Below, one piece after another: positions 1-12,866 of a DNA stretch of 64,000 nucleotides. The notes under the pieces were generated by a model. The model was not told the DNA's origin and ran no database searches. It saw nothing but the letters and a program-made list of their open reading frames with translations. Source of the stretch: Nitrospirota bacterium (GTDB taxonomy: Bacteria; Nitrospirota; JACRHL01); the NCBI GenBank assembly GCA_016212085.1, contig JACRHL010000021.1, positions 27,925-91,924 of the forward strand, written 5' to 3'. The first letter of the stretch is position 1; each line of letters starts with the position of its first letter. Made by a program: the position numbers and the translations under genes.

Positions 1-568
1 GCCCATGATGGTGTCGGTGAACGTGTCCGCCCACCAGTTCTGGCAGCGCGACCTGCCGGAGCGGGTGGCGTGCACCCTGGTGGAGGCCAACCTCGACCCG
101 CGCTACCTGGAGCTGGAAATCACCGAGGGCACCTTCATGCACGACGCCGAGGAGACGGTGCGCATGCTCACCGACCTGAAGCACATCGGCCTGCGCCTGA
201 GCGTGGACGATTTCGGCACCGGTTACTCGTCGCTGGCCTACCTGCAACGCTTCCCCATCGACACCCTGAAGGTGGACCGCTCCTTCGTGACCGGCGTGAC
301 CACCAACCCGGACAGCGCCGCCATCACCCGCACGATCATCAACATGGCCCACTCCCTGGGCCTGGGCGTGATCGCCGAGGGGGTGGAGACGCCGGAGCAG
401 TTCGCGTTCCTCGCCGAGCAGGGGTGCAACCAGATCCAGGGCTACCTGTTCTCGGCGCCCCTCACCGCCGAGCGCTTCGGCACGCTGATCGCCGAGCGGC
501 GCCGCCTGGACGTGAAGGGGATGCTGGCCGGCGCGCGCGCCGCCGACCCCCTCGCCCTGGGCGAGTGA
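1..568 (+). CDS. EAL-domain c-di-GMP phosphodiesterase, C-terminal part (5' end outside window)
   Basis: VSVNVS, ELEITE, DDFGTGYSSL, LKVDRSF, AEGVET and QGYLFS motifs. Confidence 0.95.
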   Translation, partial: PMMVSVNVSAHQFWQRDLPERVACTLVEANLDPRYLELEITEGTFMHDAEETVRMLTDLKHIGLRLSVDDFGTGYSSLAYLQRFPIDTLKVDRSFVTGVTTNPDSAAITRTIINMAHSLGLGVIAEGVETPEQFAFLAEQGCNQIQGYLFSAPLTAERFGTLIAERRRLDVKGMLAGARAADPLALGE

Positions 569-583
569 CGCCCGACCGCTTTT

Positions 584-726
584 GGGCACCTCTATTAACC
601 TGCTGCGCACCCCGATTGCTGCGTTGGGCGGTGCTCGAACCCTCGCCTATCACCCAGATATGTCTCGGGTTCTCCGCTCCGTCCGCCTTGCACTCGGGGC
701 GCTCGCGACGGTTAATAGCGGTGCCC
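584..726 (+). mobile_element. MITE family A copy 1 (143 bp)
   Basis: TIRs gggcacctctattaacc/ggttaatagcggtgccc; TTTT on both flanks; highly similar copies at 49672, 50012 and 50680. Confidence 0.9.
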
Positions 727-863
727 TTTTCCTGGCCGGGGGCTCAAGTCGCCCCGGTGTCCGTCCGAAATGGAAACAGGTGGCCTGACGTACCCCGGAA
801 CGGGACGCAAAGCGGGGGGCCGTAGTTCTTTCTTTCCCACTGGATTCGATTGGGGAGCATGAC

Positions 864-1478
864 ATGTCCGGGCACAAGACATTGAGGAACGACGCCGGCT
901 TCACGCTGGTGGAGGTGGTGGTGGTGATCGCCGTGGTGGCCCTGCTGGCCGCCATCATGACGCCGCTCATCGCCAAGAACATCGACGACGCCAAGATCGG
1001 GCGCGCCGAGAACGAGGCCCAGGTGATCGCCGCGGCCGTCGGCAACTTCTACAAGGACGTGGGCCGCTGGCCGAGCATGGACGCCTCCGGCGCCTACAAC
1101 GGCGTGACCACGCTGGTGTCGGGCAACTCCGGCCTGGCGGGCACCGCCATCAACTCCAACGGCTGGGTGTCGAGCACCTCCGGGGCGACGGTGGACTTCA
1201 TCGAGAACCACCTGCTGAACAACGCCCCCAAGGGCACCGGCGCCTACCCGGCCACCGGACGTTCCTCCTGGCGCGGCCCGTACCTGAACGCGGCGCCGCT
1301 GGACCCGTGGGGAAGCCCGTACATGGTGAACATCGCGGCCACCAACACCAGCGCCGCGCCGCTCAAGGCCCTGGTGATCTCGGCCGGGCCCAACGGGGTG
1401 ATGGACACCGCCTTCGCCACCACCCGCACGACGCTGGCCGGCGGCGACGACATCGCCGTCAGCTTCCACGTCCGCTAG
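864..1478 (+). CDS. Major (pseudo)pilin, GspG-like
   Basis: Prepilin site GFTLVEVVVVIAVVALLAAI; WRGPYL and DPWGSPY motifs. Confidence 0.9.
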   Translation: MSGHKTLRNDAGFTLVEVVVVIAVVALLAAIMTPLIAKNIDDAKIGRAENEAQVIAAAVGNFYKDVGRWPSMDASGAYNGVTTLVSGNSGLAGTAINSNGWVSSTSGATVDFIENHLLNNAPKGTGAYPATGRSSWRGPYLNAAPLDPWGSPYMVNIAATNTSAAPLKALVISAGPNGVMDTAFATTRTTLAGGDDIAVSFHVR

Positions 1479-1496
1479 CCGGGAGCCCGCATTCCC

Positions 1497-3270
<1,774 letters not shown>

Positions 3271-3278
<8 letters not shown>

Positions 3279-4473
3279 TTTCGCCTACCGCATGGCGGCG
3301 CCCGACGGCGCCACCGTCGAGGGCGCCATGAGCGCCGCCGACGAGGTGGCCCTGGCCGCCCAGGTGCGCGCCCTGGGCGGCGTGCTGATCTCCTGCAAGG
3401 TGCGCCGCGTGGTGCGCTCCGGCGTGCGCGTGGACCGCCGCGAGCTGATCACCTTCACCCAGCACCTGCACACCACCGTGCAGGCGGGCATCCCGGTGCT
3501 GTCCGCCATCCGCGGCTATGCGAAACAGGCGGAAGACCCGGACCTGGGCCGCGCCCTGAGCGACCTGGCCAACCAGGTGGAGGCCGGCCAGTCCCTGTCC
3601 GAGGCCATGGCCACCTTCCCGCGCATCTTCCCGCCCCTGTACGTGAACATGACCGCCGCCGGCGAGGCCTCGGGCAAGCTCGACGCCATCCTGGAGCGGC
3701 TGGCGGCCTATCTGGAATGGCGCGACGAGATGGCCCGCGACCTGAAGCAGGCCACCGTGTATCCGGTGGTGGTGATCTCCATGGTGCTCGGCCTGATCGT
3801 CTTCCTGCTGTCGTTCGTGCTGCCGCGCTTCATCGGCATCTTCGACGGCGCCACCATGGAGCTGCCGCTGGCCACCCGCGTGCTGATGGCCGTGGGCACC
3901 CTGTTCGGCGCCAACTGGCCGTGGCTGGCGGGCGCGACGCTGCTGCTCGCGCTGGGCTTCTGGCTGCTCAGGCGCCACCCGCGCGGCGCCGTGTGGCTGC
4001 ACCAGCGGCAGATCGCGCTGCCCCTGTTCGGCAAGGCGATACGCTACATCAGCCTGTCGCAGATGACCTACAGCCTGGGGCTGCTGGTGAACGCGGGCGT
4101 CAACATCACCCAGGCCCTGGCCCTGTCGCGCGGGGCGGTAACGAACCTCTTCCTGGCGGAGCGCATGACCCAGGTGGGCGAGCGCATCAACGCCGGCGAG
4201 TCGCTCACCCAGGCCTTTTCCCACTCCGGGCAGTTTCCGCCCCTGGCGTTGCAGATGATCGCCGTGGGCGAGGAGAGCGGCCAGCTCCCCGAGTCGCTGG
4301 ATCGCGTCACCCAGTACCTGCGGCGCGAGGTGCAGCACGGCTTGAAGGTGGCCATGAAGGCCCTGGAGCCGGCCATCACCCTGTTCCTGGGCGTCATGGT
4401 GGGCGGCATCGCGCTGACCATCTTCTACACCCTCTACAAGATGATCATGGCCATTGGAGGCACCGGGCACTGA
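3271..4473 (+). CDS. GspF/PilC-family inner-membrane platform protein
   Basis: AGEASGKL and GEESGQL repeats, LEPAI, three TM segments; overlaps the ATPase gene. Confidence 0.95.
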
Positions 4474-6014
4474 TGGCCGACCTGTTTTCCAGGTGGCGGC
4501 GCGACGCCCACGTGGGCGTGGCCGTCGGCAGCAACCGGCTCAACCTGGCCAAGGTGGTGCGCCGGGGCGGCGTGTTCCACGTGGAGGCCTGCGCCAGCCT
4601 GCCCGCCGACCGCCACGCCGACCTGCGCGCCGTGGTGGCCGAGCACGGCTGGCGCGGCCTGCCCGCCACCATCGCCATGCGTGACCAGATCGTGCTGCGC
4701 CGGGAGCTGAACCTGCCCCCCATGGGCGCCGGCGACCTGCGCAAGCTCATCGCCCGCGAGATCGCCGCCGAGGGCCGCGAGGGGCGCCTGGCCGCCTGGA
4801 AGGTGGAACCGCGCGACGGCGGCGTGCGCGTGGCGCTGCGCGCCGTGGAGCGGCCGCTGGCCATGGAGTGGGCGCGCCGCCTGCGCGACGCCGGGCTGGT
4901 GCCGCACCACATCCTGGCCCGCGCCACCGCCTTCGCCAACGCCACCCTGCGCCCGGAGGACCGCACCAACGGCGAGCTGATCTCCCTGCTCGACGTGTGG
5001 GAGCGCGAGAGCGACCTGGTGCTGGTCCGGAACGGCGAGCAGATCTACCACCGCCACATCGGCCGCGGCTGGGACGGCACCGAGTTCAACACCCCCCAGG
5101 GCGCCGGCACCACCGGCACCGCCGGCATTGCCGGTGGATACGGCGAGGTGGCCCTGGCCGGGGCCGAGGCCGCCGCGCCCCCGGCGGGCCAACCCGCCCC
5201 GGACGCCGCCCCGCGCGGCAACTGGGAGCGCCTGGCGGAGGAGGTGCGCCGCACCCACCTGTACGCCAAGAAGAACCTCCAGGCCGGCGAGGTGGCCCGC
5301 GCCGTCCTCACCGGCGAGGCGGACGAAACCCGCCGCCAGTGGCTGGCGGACGCCGTGGGCTCCGACGTGCTGACCCTGGCCGGCTACCGCGCCGACCTAG
5401 TCTGGGACGGCGAGATCAACCCGCGCCACGTGCTGCCGGTGGGCGCCGCCCTGCGCGGCTTCACCCGGCGCGCCGAGCACGAGCGGCTGATCCCCGCCGA
5501 GGGGCGCGCCTCCAAGGCCCCGGCCACCCACGCCGCCACCGCCGCCCTGGGCGTGTGCCTGTTCGCCCTGGCGCTCATGGGCGTGTACAACCAGGCCCGC
5601 GCCGTGTCCGGCCTGCGCGGGCATGTGGACATGCTGCGCCAGAACCTGGAGCGCATCGAATCCTCCCATCCGGGCCGCAAGCCGCCGTCGGACTCGCCCC
5701 TGGAGCAGGCCCTGCTGAATCTGCCCAATCCGTTCCCCGGCTCGCCGCTGCTGGCGGTGCTGGGCCGCGCGCTGCCCGAAGGCGGCCGCGTCACCGCCCT
5801 GTCCGCCGAGTGGGAGGGCGCCTGGAGCCTGGAGCTGGACGGCCACATCGATGGCGACCCGGTCACGGCCCTGCGCCACACCGGCCGCCTGATCGCCGAC
5901 ATCGAGGCGAGCGGCCTGTTCCACACCGTGGACCTGCTGCCCCTGGATTCGGACCGCCCCGGCCGCTTCCGGCTGCGGCTCACCCTGGAGGACGGCCATG
6001 GCCTCCCGTCGTAA
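4473..6014 (+). CDS. PilM/PilN-like (GspL-like) alignment protein
   Basis: Starts at TGATG overlap; actin-like N-terminus (VGVAVGSNRLNLAKV), one TM then coiled coil; operon position. Confidence 0.7.
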   Translation: MADLFSRWRRDAHVGVAVGSNRLNLAKVVRRGGVFHVEACASLPADRHADLRAVVAEHGWRGLPATIAMRDQIVLRRELNLPPMGAGDLRKLIAREIAAEGREGRLAAWKVEPRDGGVRVALRAVERPLAMEWARRLRDAGLVPHHILARATAFANATLRPEDRTNGELISLLDVWERESDLVLVRNGEQIYHRHIGRGWDGTEFNTPQGAGTTGTAGIAGGYGEVALAGAEAAAPPAGQPAPDAAPRGNWERLAEEVRRTHLYAKKNLQAGEVARAVLTGEADETRRQWLADAVGSDVLTLAGYRADLVWDGEINPRHVLPVGAALRGFTRRAEHERLIPAEGRASKAPATHAATAALGVCLFALALMGVYNQARAVSGLRGHVDMLRQNLERIESSHPGRKPPSDSPLEQALLNLPNPFPGSPLLAVLGRALPEGGRVTALSAEWEGAWSLELDGHIDGDPVTALRHTGRLIADIEASGLFHTVDLLPLDSDRPGRFRLRLTLEDGHGLPS

Positions 6015-6507
6015 CCTCGTCACCGGCATCGTGCTGGGCCTGAGCGCCTGCGCCGCCGTGGCCCTGGGGGTGACCCACTGGGTGACGCTGCCCGCCGACG
6101 CCGCCACCCTGGACCGGGAGCGCGCCCGCCTGGAGACGCGCATCGGCAACCTGGGCAGCCACCTGGACTCCTGGCGCGACAGCCCGGACGGCGACCTGGA
6201 CCGGGCCGAGCTGCCCGCCGCCTCGGCCCTGCCCGCCCACGCCGGCGACCTGCTGGCGGACATGACCGCCCACGGCGCCGTGGAGATGGTGTTCGCCGTG
6301 GGCGAGGAAGGCGGCGACCTGGGCACCGGGCGGCGCGAGCTGCGGGCCGAGTTTTCCGCCGACGTGCGCTCCCTGGCCACCATCCTCGACCGCCTCACCC
6401 TGTGGCGGCCGGCGGTGACCATCACCCGCCTGAACCTGGCCACGGGCGACGCCGGGCGCATCCAGGTATCCATGCAACTGCAACTGCTGGGGCGGGGCGA
6501 TGCTTAG
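5998..6507 (+). CDS. PilO/GspM-like protein
   Basis: N-terminal TM, coiled coil, small C-terminal domain; operon position. Confidence 0.6.
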   Translation: MASRRNLVTGIVLGLSACAAVALGVTHWVTLPADAATLDRERARLETRIGNLGSHLDSWRDSPDGDLDRAELPAASALPAHAGDLLADMTAHGAVEMVFAVGEEGGDLGTGRRELRAEFSADVRSLATILDRLTLWRPAVTITRLNLATGDAGRIQVSMQLQLLGRGDA

Positions 6508-7015
6508 GGACAAACGCTTCATCGCCGTCCTGGCCGTCGCCCTGCTGATGGCCGTGGGCCTCAACGTGCGCTATTTCGCAAGCCGCCACCACCCGCGCCC
6601 GGCGGCCACCCAGATGGTGGCGCCCATGGGGCTGGCGGAGCCGGAAATGGCCCACGCGGCGGCGCCGCCGGCCCTGTCTCCCGCCGACCAGGTGGCCGCC
6701 TGGAACGCCCGCTACCCGCTGGGGCCGGGCGCCCGCAACCCGTTCGCCGCCGGCGGGTCGCGGGCGGAACCGGAAAAGGTTTTCGCGGCTCCGGCCGAAA
6801 AGAACCCTGGGGAGGTGGCGCCGCGCCTGGCGGCCATCGCCAACATCGACGGGAACCGGCTCGCCCTCATCGACGGCGAGCCGCTGCGGGAGAACGATAC
6901 CTTGGGCAACATCCACGTGATCCACATCGGCACCGACCGGGTGACGGTGACCGCCGGCGGCCGGCACCGGACGCTGACCCTGCCCGGCCTGCCCACGCCG
7001 CCGGTGGCGCCGTGA
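6500..7015 (+). CDS. PilP/GspC/MshK-like protein
   Basis: N-terminal TM, RNPF motif, ALIDGEPLRENDTLG beta domain. Confidence 0.6.
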   Translation: MLRDKRFIAVLAVALLMAVGLNVRYFASRHHPRPAATQMVAPMGLAEPEMAHAAAPPALSPADQVAAWNARYPLGPGARNPFAAGGSRAEPEKVFAAPAEKNPGEVAPRLAAIANIDGNRLALIDGEPLRENDTLGNIHVIHIGTDRVTVTAGGRHRTLTLPGLPTPPVAP

Positions 7016-9165
7016 CCATCGGGATGTCCACCCGGCCAAACGCCCGGCCGAGCGCCCGCCGCCACGCCGCCCTGGCCCTGGCCGTGCTGCTGTCCGGCTG
7101 CGCCGGCCCCCAGGCGGCCCTGCCGGGCGTGGACCAGAACGCCCACGCCCAGGCGCCGCTGCCGCCGGTGGTGGTGACCGGGCACGGGCCGGGGGCCGGC
7201 GCCGCCCTGTCCGCCGCCGGCCGCTTCCAGTTCCGCGACACGCCGGTGGCCGACGCCCTGCGCCTGCTGTTCACCGGCAGCGGCGTGAACCTGGTGCTGG
7301 CCGACGGCGTCCAGGGCCGGGTGACCGCCGACTTCGCCGGGCTGTCGCCGGAGCAGGTGTTCGCCACCCTGCTGGCCCGCCACGGCCTGAAGGTGAGCTA
7401 CCAGGACGGCACCGCCGTGGTGGCCCCGGAAACCAGCCGCACCTACAAGCTCGACTACGTGGCCGGCGACGCCCACAAGGCCATCTGGGGCGAGATCGAG
7501 GCCCAGCTTGCCGCCCTGCTCGGCCCGGCGGGCAGGCTCACCGTGAGCGCCATGACCGGCACCGTCATCGTGACCGACACGCCGGAGGTGCTGGACCGGG
7601 TGCAGACCCACCTGGCGCACCTGGAGCAGGTGGTCATCCGCCAGGTGCTCATCGAGGCCAAGGTCATCGAGGTGACCCTGAACGACGACTTCGAGATGGG
7701 CGTGGATTTTGGCGCCTTCCCGCGCGCGGTGGGCATCTCGGGCACCGTCACCGGCAACGCCGGGGGTGGCAACGTGCTGTCCCAGGCGCTCACCCCCAGC
7801 ACCGCCGGCTTCCAGTTCGGCCTGCTGGGGGCCAACGATTTTTCGGTGCTGCTCAAGGCCCTGTCCACCCAGGGGCAGGTGAACATGCTGTCGTCGCCCA
7901 AGGTGTCCACCCTCAACAACCGGCCGGCCACCATCAACGTGACCGAGCAGATCCCGGTGGTGAGCCGCGAGGTGATCACCGGCGACGTGGCCGCCGACAC
8001 CCGGGAGCTGTACGAGGTGACCTTCCAGGACGCGGGCATCCAGCTCGAGGTGACCCCGCAGATCGGCGCCGACGGCGCCATGACCGTGCTGGTGCACCCC
8101 CTGGTGACCGAGGTGTCGGGCTCCGTGACCACGCCGGACGGCCTGCAAACGCTGCCCATCCTCAACCAGCGCGAGACCCGGAGCGTGCTCCGGGTGAGGG
8201 ACGGCGAATCCATCCTCATGGGCGGCTTCATCCAGAACCGCATGCGCGAGGAGGTGGCCAAGGTGCCGCTGCTGGGCGACGTGCCCGGCCTGGGCGCCCT
8301 GTTCCGCCGCACCGTGCAGTCCCACGACCGGGTGGAGCTGGTGATCCTGCTCACCCCACGGGTGATGGACCCGGAGCGCATGGCCGGCGCCGTGCGGGAC
8401 GCCCTGGCCGACGTGAAGCACCTGGCCCGCCCGTTCCACCTGGGCATCCTGCACAACGACCGCTTCGACCCGGAGGCGCTGCACGGCCTGTCGGGCTTCG
8501 CCACCGTCGCCCTGCCGACCATGCCGGAGGCGGGCGGCTTCGCCCCGGTGACCCGTCAGGGCCTGGCCCGCCACGCCCTGGAGCGGGGCTTCGCCGCCCT
8601 GGCCGACGACAATGGCGACGGCGCCGAACAGGCCTTCGCCACCGCCCTGGGCATCGACCCGAACAACGCGGAGGCGCACTTCCAGCTTGCCCTCATCGAG
8701 GCGGGCCGGGGCTACGCGGGCAAGGCCATGCGCCACTTCGAGCACATCGCCGCCCAACGCCCGGAGCACCCCTGGGGCATGAACCGGCTGGGCTTGCTGC
8801 TCACCGCCGCCGGCAGCTTCGAGCCCGCCAGCCAGGTGCTGCGCCACGCCCTGAGCCAGTTCCCGGACCACCCGGCGCTGCTCACCAACCTGGGCGTGGC
8901 CTACCTGGGCCAGGGCATCGACGACCTGGCCGAGGTGGCCTTCCGCCGCGCCCAGCGCCTTTATCCGGACGCCCCGGAGCCGCTCATCAACCACGCGGAG
9001 CTGCTCGCCCGGCGCGGCGACAACACCGGCGCCGTCGCCCTGCTGTCCGCCGCCCTGCCGCACATGGCCGACAGCCCGGAGTTCTACCTGCGGGTGCAGC
9101 GCCGCATGCTGGAGCTGGCCCCGTCGCCCGCCGCCACGGAGCCGGCCGATGGCAAGCGCGCCTGA
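7012..9165 (+). CDS. Secretin (GspD/MshL-like) lipoprotein with C-terminal TPR region
   Basis: Lipobox LLSGC; QVLIEAKVIEV, SSPKVSTLNN, KVPLLGDVPGLGALF, ELVILLTPRV; TPR-like repeats in last ~190 aa. Confidence 0.92.
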   Translation: MTIGMSTRPNARPSARRHAALALAVLLSGCAGPQAALPGVDQNAHAQAPLPPVVVTGHGPGAGAALSAAGRFQFRDTPVADALRLLFTGSGVNLVLADGVQGRVTADFAGLSPEQVFATLLARHGLKVSYQDGTAVVAPETSRTYKLDYVAGDAHKAIWGEIEAQLAALLGPAGRLTVSAMTGTVIVTDTPEVLDRVQTHLAHLEQVVIRQVLIEAKVIEVTLNDDFEMGVDFGAFPRAVGISGTVTGNAGGGNVLSQALTPSTAGFQFGLLGANDFSVLLKALSTQGQVNMLSSPKVSTLNNRPATINVTEQIPVVSREVITGDVAADTRELYEVTFQDAGIQLEVTPQIGADGAMTVLVHPLVTEVSGSVTTPDGLQTLPILNQRETRSVLRVRDGESILMGGFIQNRMREEVAKVPLLGDVPGLGALFRRTVQSHDRVELVILLTPRVMDPERMAGAVRDALADVKHLARPFHLGILHNDRFDPEALHGLSGFATVALPTMPEAGGFAPVTRQGLARHALERGFAALADDNGDGAEQAFATALGIDPNNAEAHFQLALIEAGRGYAGKAMRHFEHIAAQRPEHPWGMNRLGLLLTAAGSFEPASQVLRHALSQFPDHPALLTNLGVAYLGQGIDDLAEVAFRRAQRLYPDAPEPLINHAELLARRGDNTGAVALLSAALPHMADSPEFYLRVQRRMLELAPSPAATEPADGKRA

Positions 9166-10333
9166 CAAGGCTAGCGCGCAGCACGGTTTCACCCTGGTGG
9201 AGGTGGTGGTGGTGATCGCCGTCATCTCCATCCTGGCGGCCACGCTGGCGCCGCTCCTGGCCCAGCAGGTCGACCAGGCGCGCCGCGAGGCCACCCGCAT
9301 CCACCTGGAGGCGGTGGCGGACGCCCTGCGCCGCTATCACCTGGACGTGTACGACTTTCCCGCCGCCAGCGGCGACGCCGCCGCCGACCTGGGGCAGCTC
9401 GAAACCAACGGCGCCGGCGCCACCGGCTGGGCCGGCCCCTACCTGACCGCCCGCTACGAGGCCGCCGACTACGCCACCGACGCCTGGAACGGAGCCCTCT
9501 CCTACGCCCACACCGCCGGCACCAGCCAGGCGCTGCTCACCGCCCCGGCCGCCGACCACACCCTGGGCACCGCCGACGACATCCAGCTCACGGTGCTGAT
9601 GGACTTCGACGCGGTCAAGCGCCGGGTGGACGCCACCTACGAAAAACTGAAGCTCATCGCCGGCGACGTGTACGGCACCAGCCCCACCCTGGCGCCGGGC
9701 AGCTATGCCATCCCCGCCACGTGGCAGAGCGACGCCTGGGGCAACGCCATCGTGTACCGCTACAACAACGACGAGTCGGCGGTGGTGTACAGCCCGGGGC
9801 CCAACGGCACCGCCGCCGCCAGCCCCCCGGCGGGCGACGACATCTACGTGGCCATGCTGTGGAGCCCCCCTGGCGGCGGGGGTGGCGGCGGCAGCGGCGC
9901 GGGCACCAACGACCTGGCGCTGGGCGCCGGCAGCGTGGAGATCTGCTCCGGCAACAACAAGGTGAGCTTCCGCATCGACAACAACGGCTCGGTGGACCTG
10001 AACATCACCCGCATGCAGATCACCTTCAACGACCCCGGCAACCTGCTGGAAAAGGTCGAGGGCCAGAGCTCCAGCGCCTCCTGCGGCAACGGCAACAGAG
10101 ACCTGTGGAGCGACGGCGGCTGCGGCACGCCGGACGGCAGCCAGTCCAGCCCCGCCACCCTCACGGCGTTCTGCGAGACCATCACCGTGCCCACCGGCGG
10201 CTCGTACTGGTTCACCGAGCTGCGCTTCGACCAGGACATCAACGGCAAGAACATCACCGTGGTCTACACCGCCGAGCCGGTGGGGGGCGGCGCGTCGGCC
10301 ACCTCCACCATCACCTTCACCGCGCCCAACTAA
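9149..10333 (+). CDS. Large minor (pseudo)pilin
   Basis: GFTLVEVVVVIAV cleavage motif; two DAW(N/G) GspG-like segments; Gly linker; Cys-containing C-terminal domain. Confidence 0.85.
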   Translation: MASAPDKASAQHGFTLVEVVVVIAVISILAATLAPLLAQQVDQARREATRIHLEAVADALRRYHLDVYDFPAASGDAAADLGQLETNGAGATGWAGPYLTARYEAADYATDAWNGALSYAHTAGTSQALLTAPAADHTLGTADDIQLTVLMDFDAVKRRVDATYEKLKLIAGDVYGTSPTLAPGSYAIPATWQSDAWGNAIVYRYNNDESAVVYSPGPNGTAAASPPAGDDIYVAMLWSPPGGGGGGGSGAGTNDLALGAGSVEICSGNNKVSFRIDNNGSVDLNITRMQITFNDPGNLLEKVEGQSSSASCGNGNRDLWSDGGCGTPDGSQSSPATLTAFCETITVPTGGSYWFTELRFDQDINGKNITVVYTAEPVGGGASATSTITFTAPN

Positions 10334-10335
10334 TT

Positions 10336-10489
10336 GGATGTCGCAAAAGGCCATCCGTGGCCTTGTGCGACTCGAACCCGGAACAGCGTGGTGTTCCGGG
10401 CTCTCCGGCGCCCGTGGGCGCCGCCGGTACATCCCTGTACCGGACACCTCCAACCGGATGTCGCGAAAGGCCATCCGTGGCCTTTTGCG
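10336..10489. repeat. Two REP-like palindromes 120 bp apart
   Basis: ggatgtcgc(a/g)aaaggccatccgtggcctt(g/t)tgcg at 10336 and 10456. Confidence 0.8.
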
Positions 10490-10546
10490 CCGGTACATTT
10501 CCCGGTGCCGGACACGGGCGTACCGCCGCGCCCGGAATCGCGTAAA

Positions 10547-10563
10547 CTAACGGATCCTTAACA
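10547..10563 (+). promoter_or_regulatory. Putative Pho box upstream of phoB
   Basis: ctaacg-N5-ttaaca, 11-bp period; resembles the 12773 box. Confidence 0.45.
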
Positions 10564-10641
10564 GAAACCGTTTACAATGCCTGGAAACACGGCGTTGATT
10601 TCGCCCATGGGCGGGCCCCGGCCCCGCTCCCGGAGAACGCG

Positions 10642-11330
10642 ATGAACACGGACGGCAGCCACATCCTGGCGGTGGACGACGAGGCGGACATCCTCGAGGT
10701 GATCCGCTACAACCTGATGAAGGCGGGCCACCGCGTCACCTGCGCCGAGACCGGCCAGGCGGCGCTGAACGCGGCGCTGGCCGACCCGCCGGGGCTGATC
10801 GTGCTCGACCGCATGCTGCCCGACCTGGACGGCGTCACCGTCTGCCAGCGCCTGAAGGCCGACCCCCGCACCCGCGACATCCCGGTGCTGATGCTCACCG
10901 CCAAGGGCACCGACCCGGACGTGGTGGGCGGCCTGACCGCCGGCGCCGACGACTATGTGGTCAAGCCGTTCTCGCCCCCGGTGCTGGCCGCCCGGGTGGC
11001 GGCCCTGCTGCGCCGCGCCCAGCCCGAGGCCCCGGAAGGCACCCCCATCAGCGTGCACGGCGTGGAGATCGACCCCGGCCGCCACCGGGTGGCCATCGAC
11101 GGCGCCGAATTGCGCCTCACCCCCTCCGAGTTCCGCATCCTGCAACTCCTGGCCGGCCGCCCCGGCTGGGTGTTCTCGCGCATGCACATCATGGACCGGG
11201 TGAAGGGCGAGGGCACCGTGGTCACCGAGCGCAGCATCGACGTGCAGGTGGCGGGCCTGCGCAAGAAGATGGGCGACGCCGGCCCGCTCATCGAGACCGT
11301 GCGCGGCATGGGCTACCGCTTCAAGGGCTG

Positions 11331-11331
<1 letters not shown>
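10642..11331 (+). CDS. phoB: Phosphate regulon response regulator
   Basis: OmpR-family receiver plus winged helix (IETVRGMGYRF); adjacent to the pst operon. Confidence 0.88.
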
Positions 11332-12752
<1,421 letters not shown>

Positions 12753-12772
12753 GGGGGATTTCGGGAAAGTTT

Positions 12773-12789
12773 TTAACACAATCCTAACA
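12773..12789 (+). promoter_or_regulatory. Putative Pho box upstream of the porin-pst operon
   Basis: ttaaca-N5-ctaaca direct repeat, 11-bp period typical of OmpR/PhoB sites. Confidence 0.6.
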
Positions 12790-12866
12790 ATCCGCCTCTA
12801 CCCTTTCACCCACTGTACAAACCGTTCCGTCCGCCCACCGGCGGGCGCCACGCCCACGAGGCAGCG

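Noticed and set aside
582-788. 68-aa ORF MGTSINLLR and similar short ORFs at 50010 and 53207
   Set aside because: Translations of the MITE itself, not independent genes.
783-822. c-di-GMP-I riboswitch-like gggacgcaaagc upstream of the pilin gene
   Set aside because: Lacks the GGCAAA/GNRA first stem and a convincing second stem; needs an Rfam cmscan to revive.
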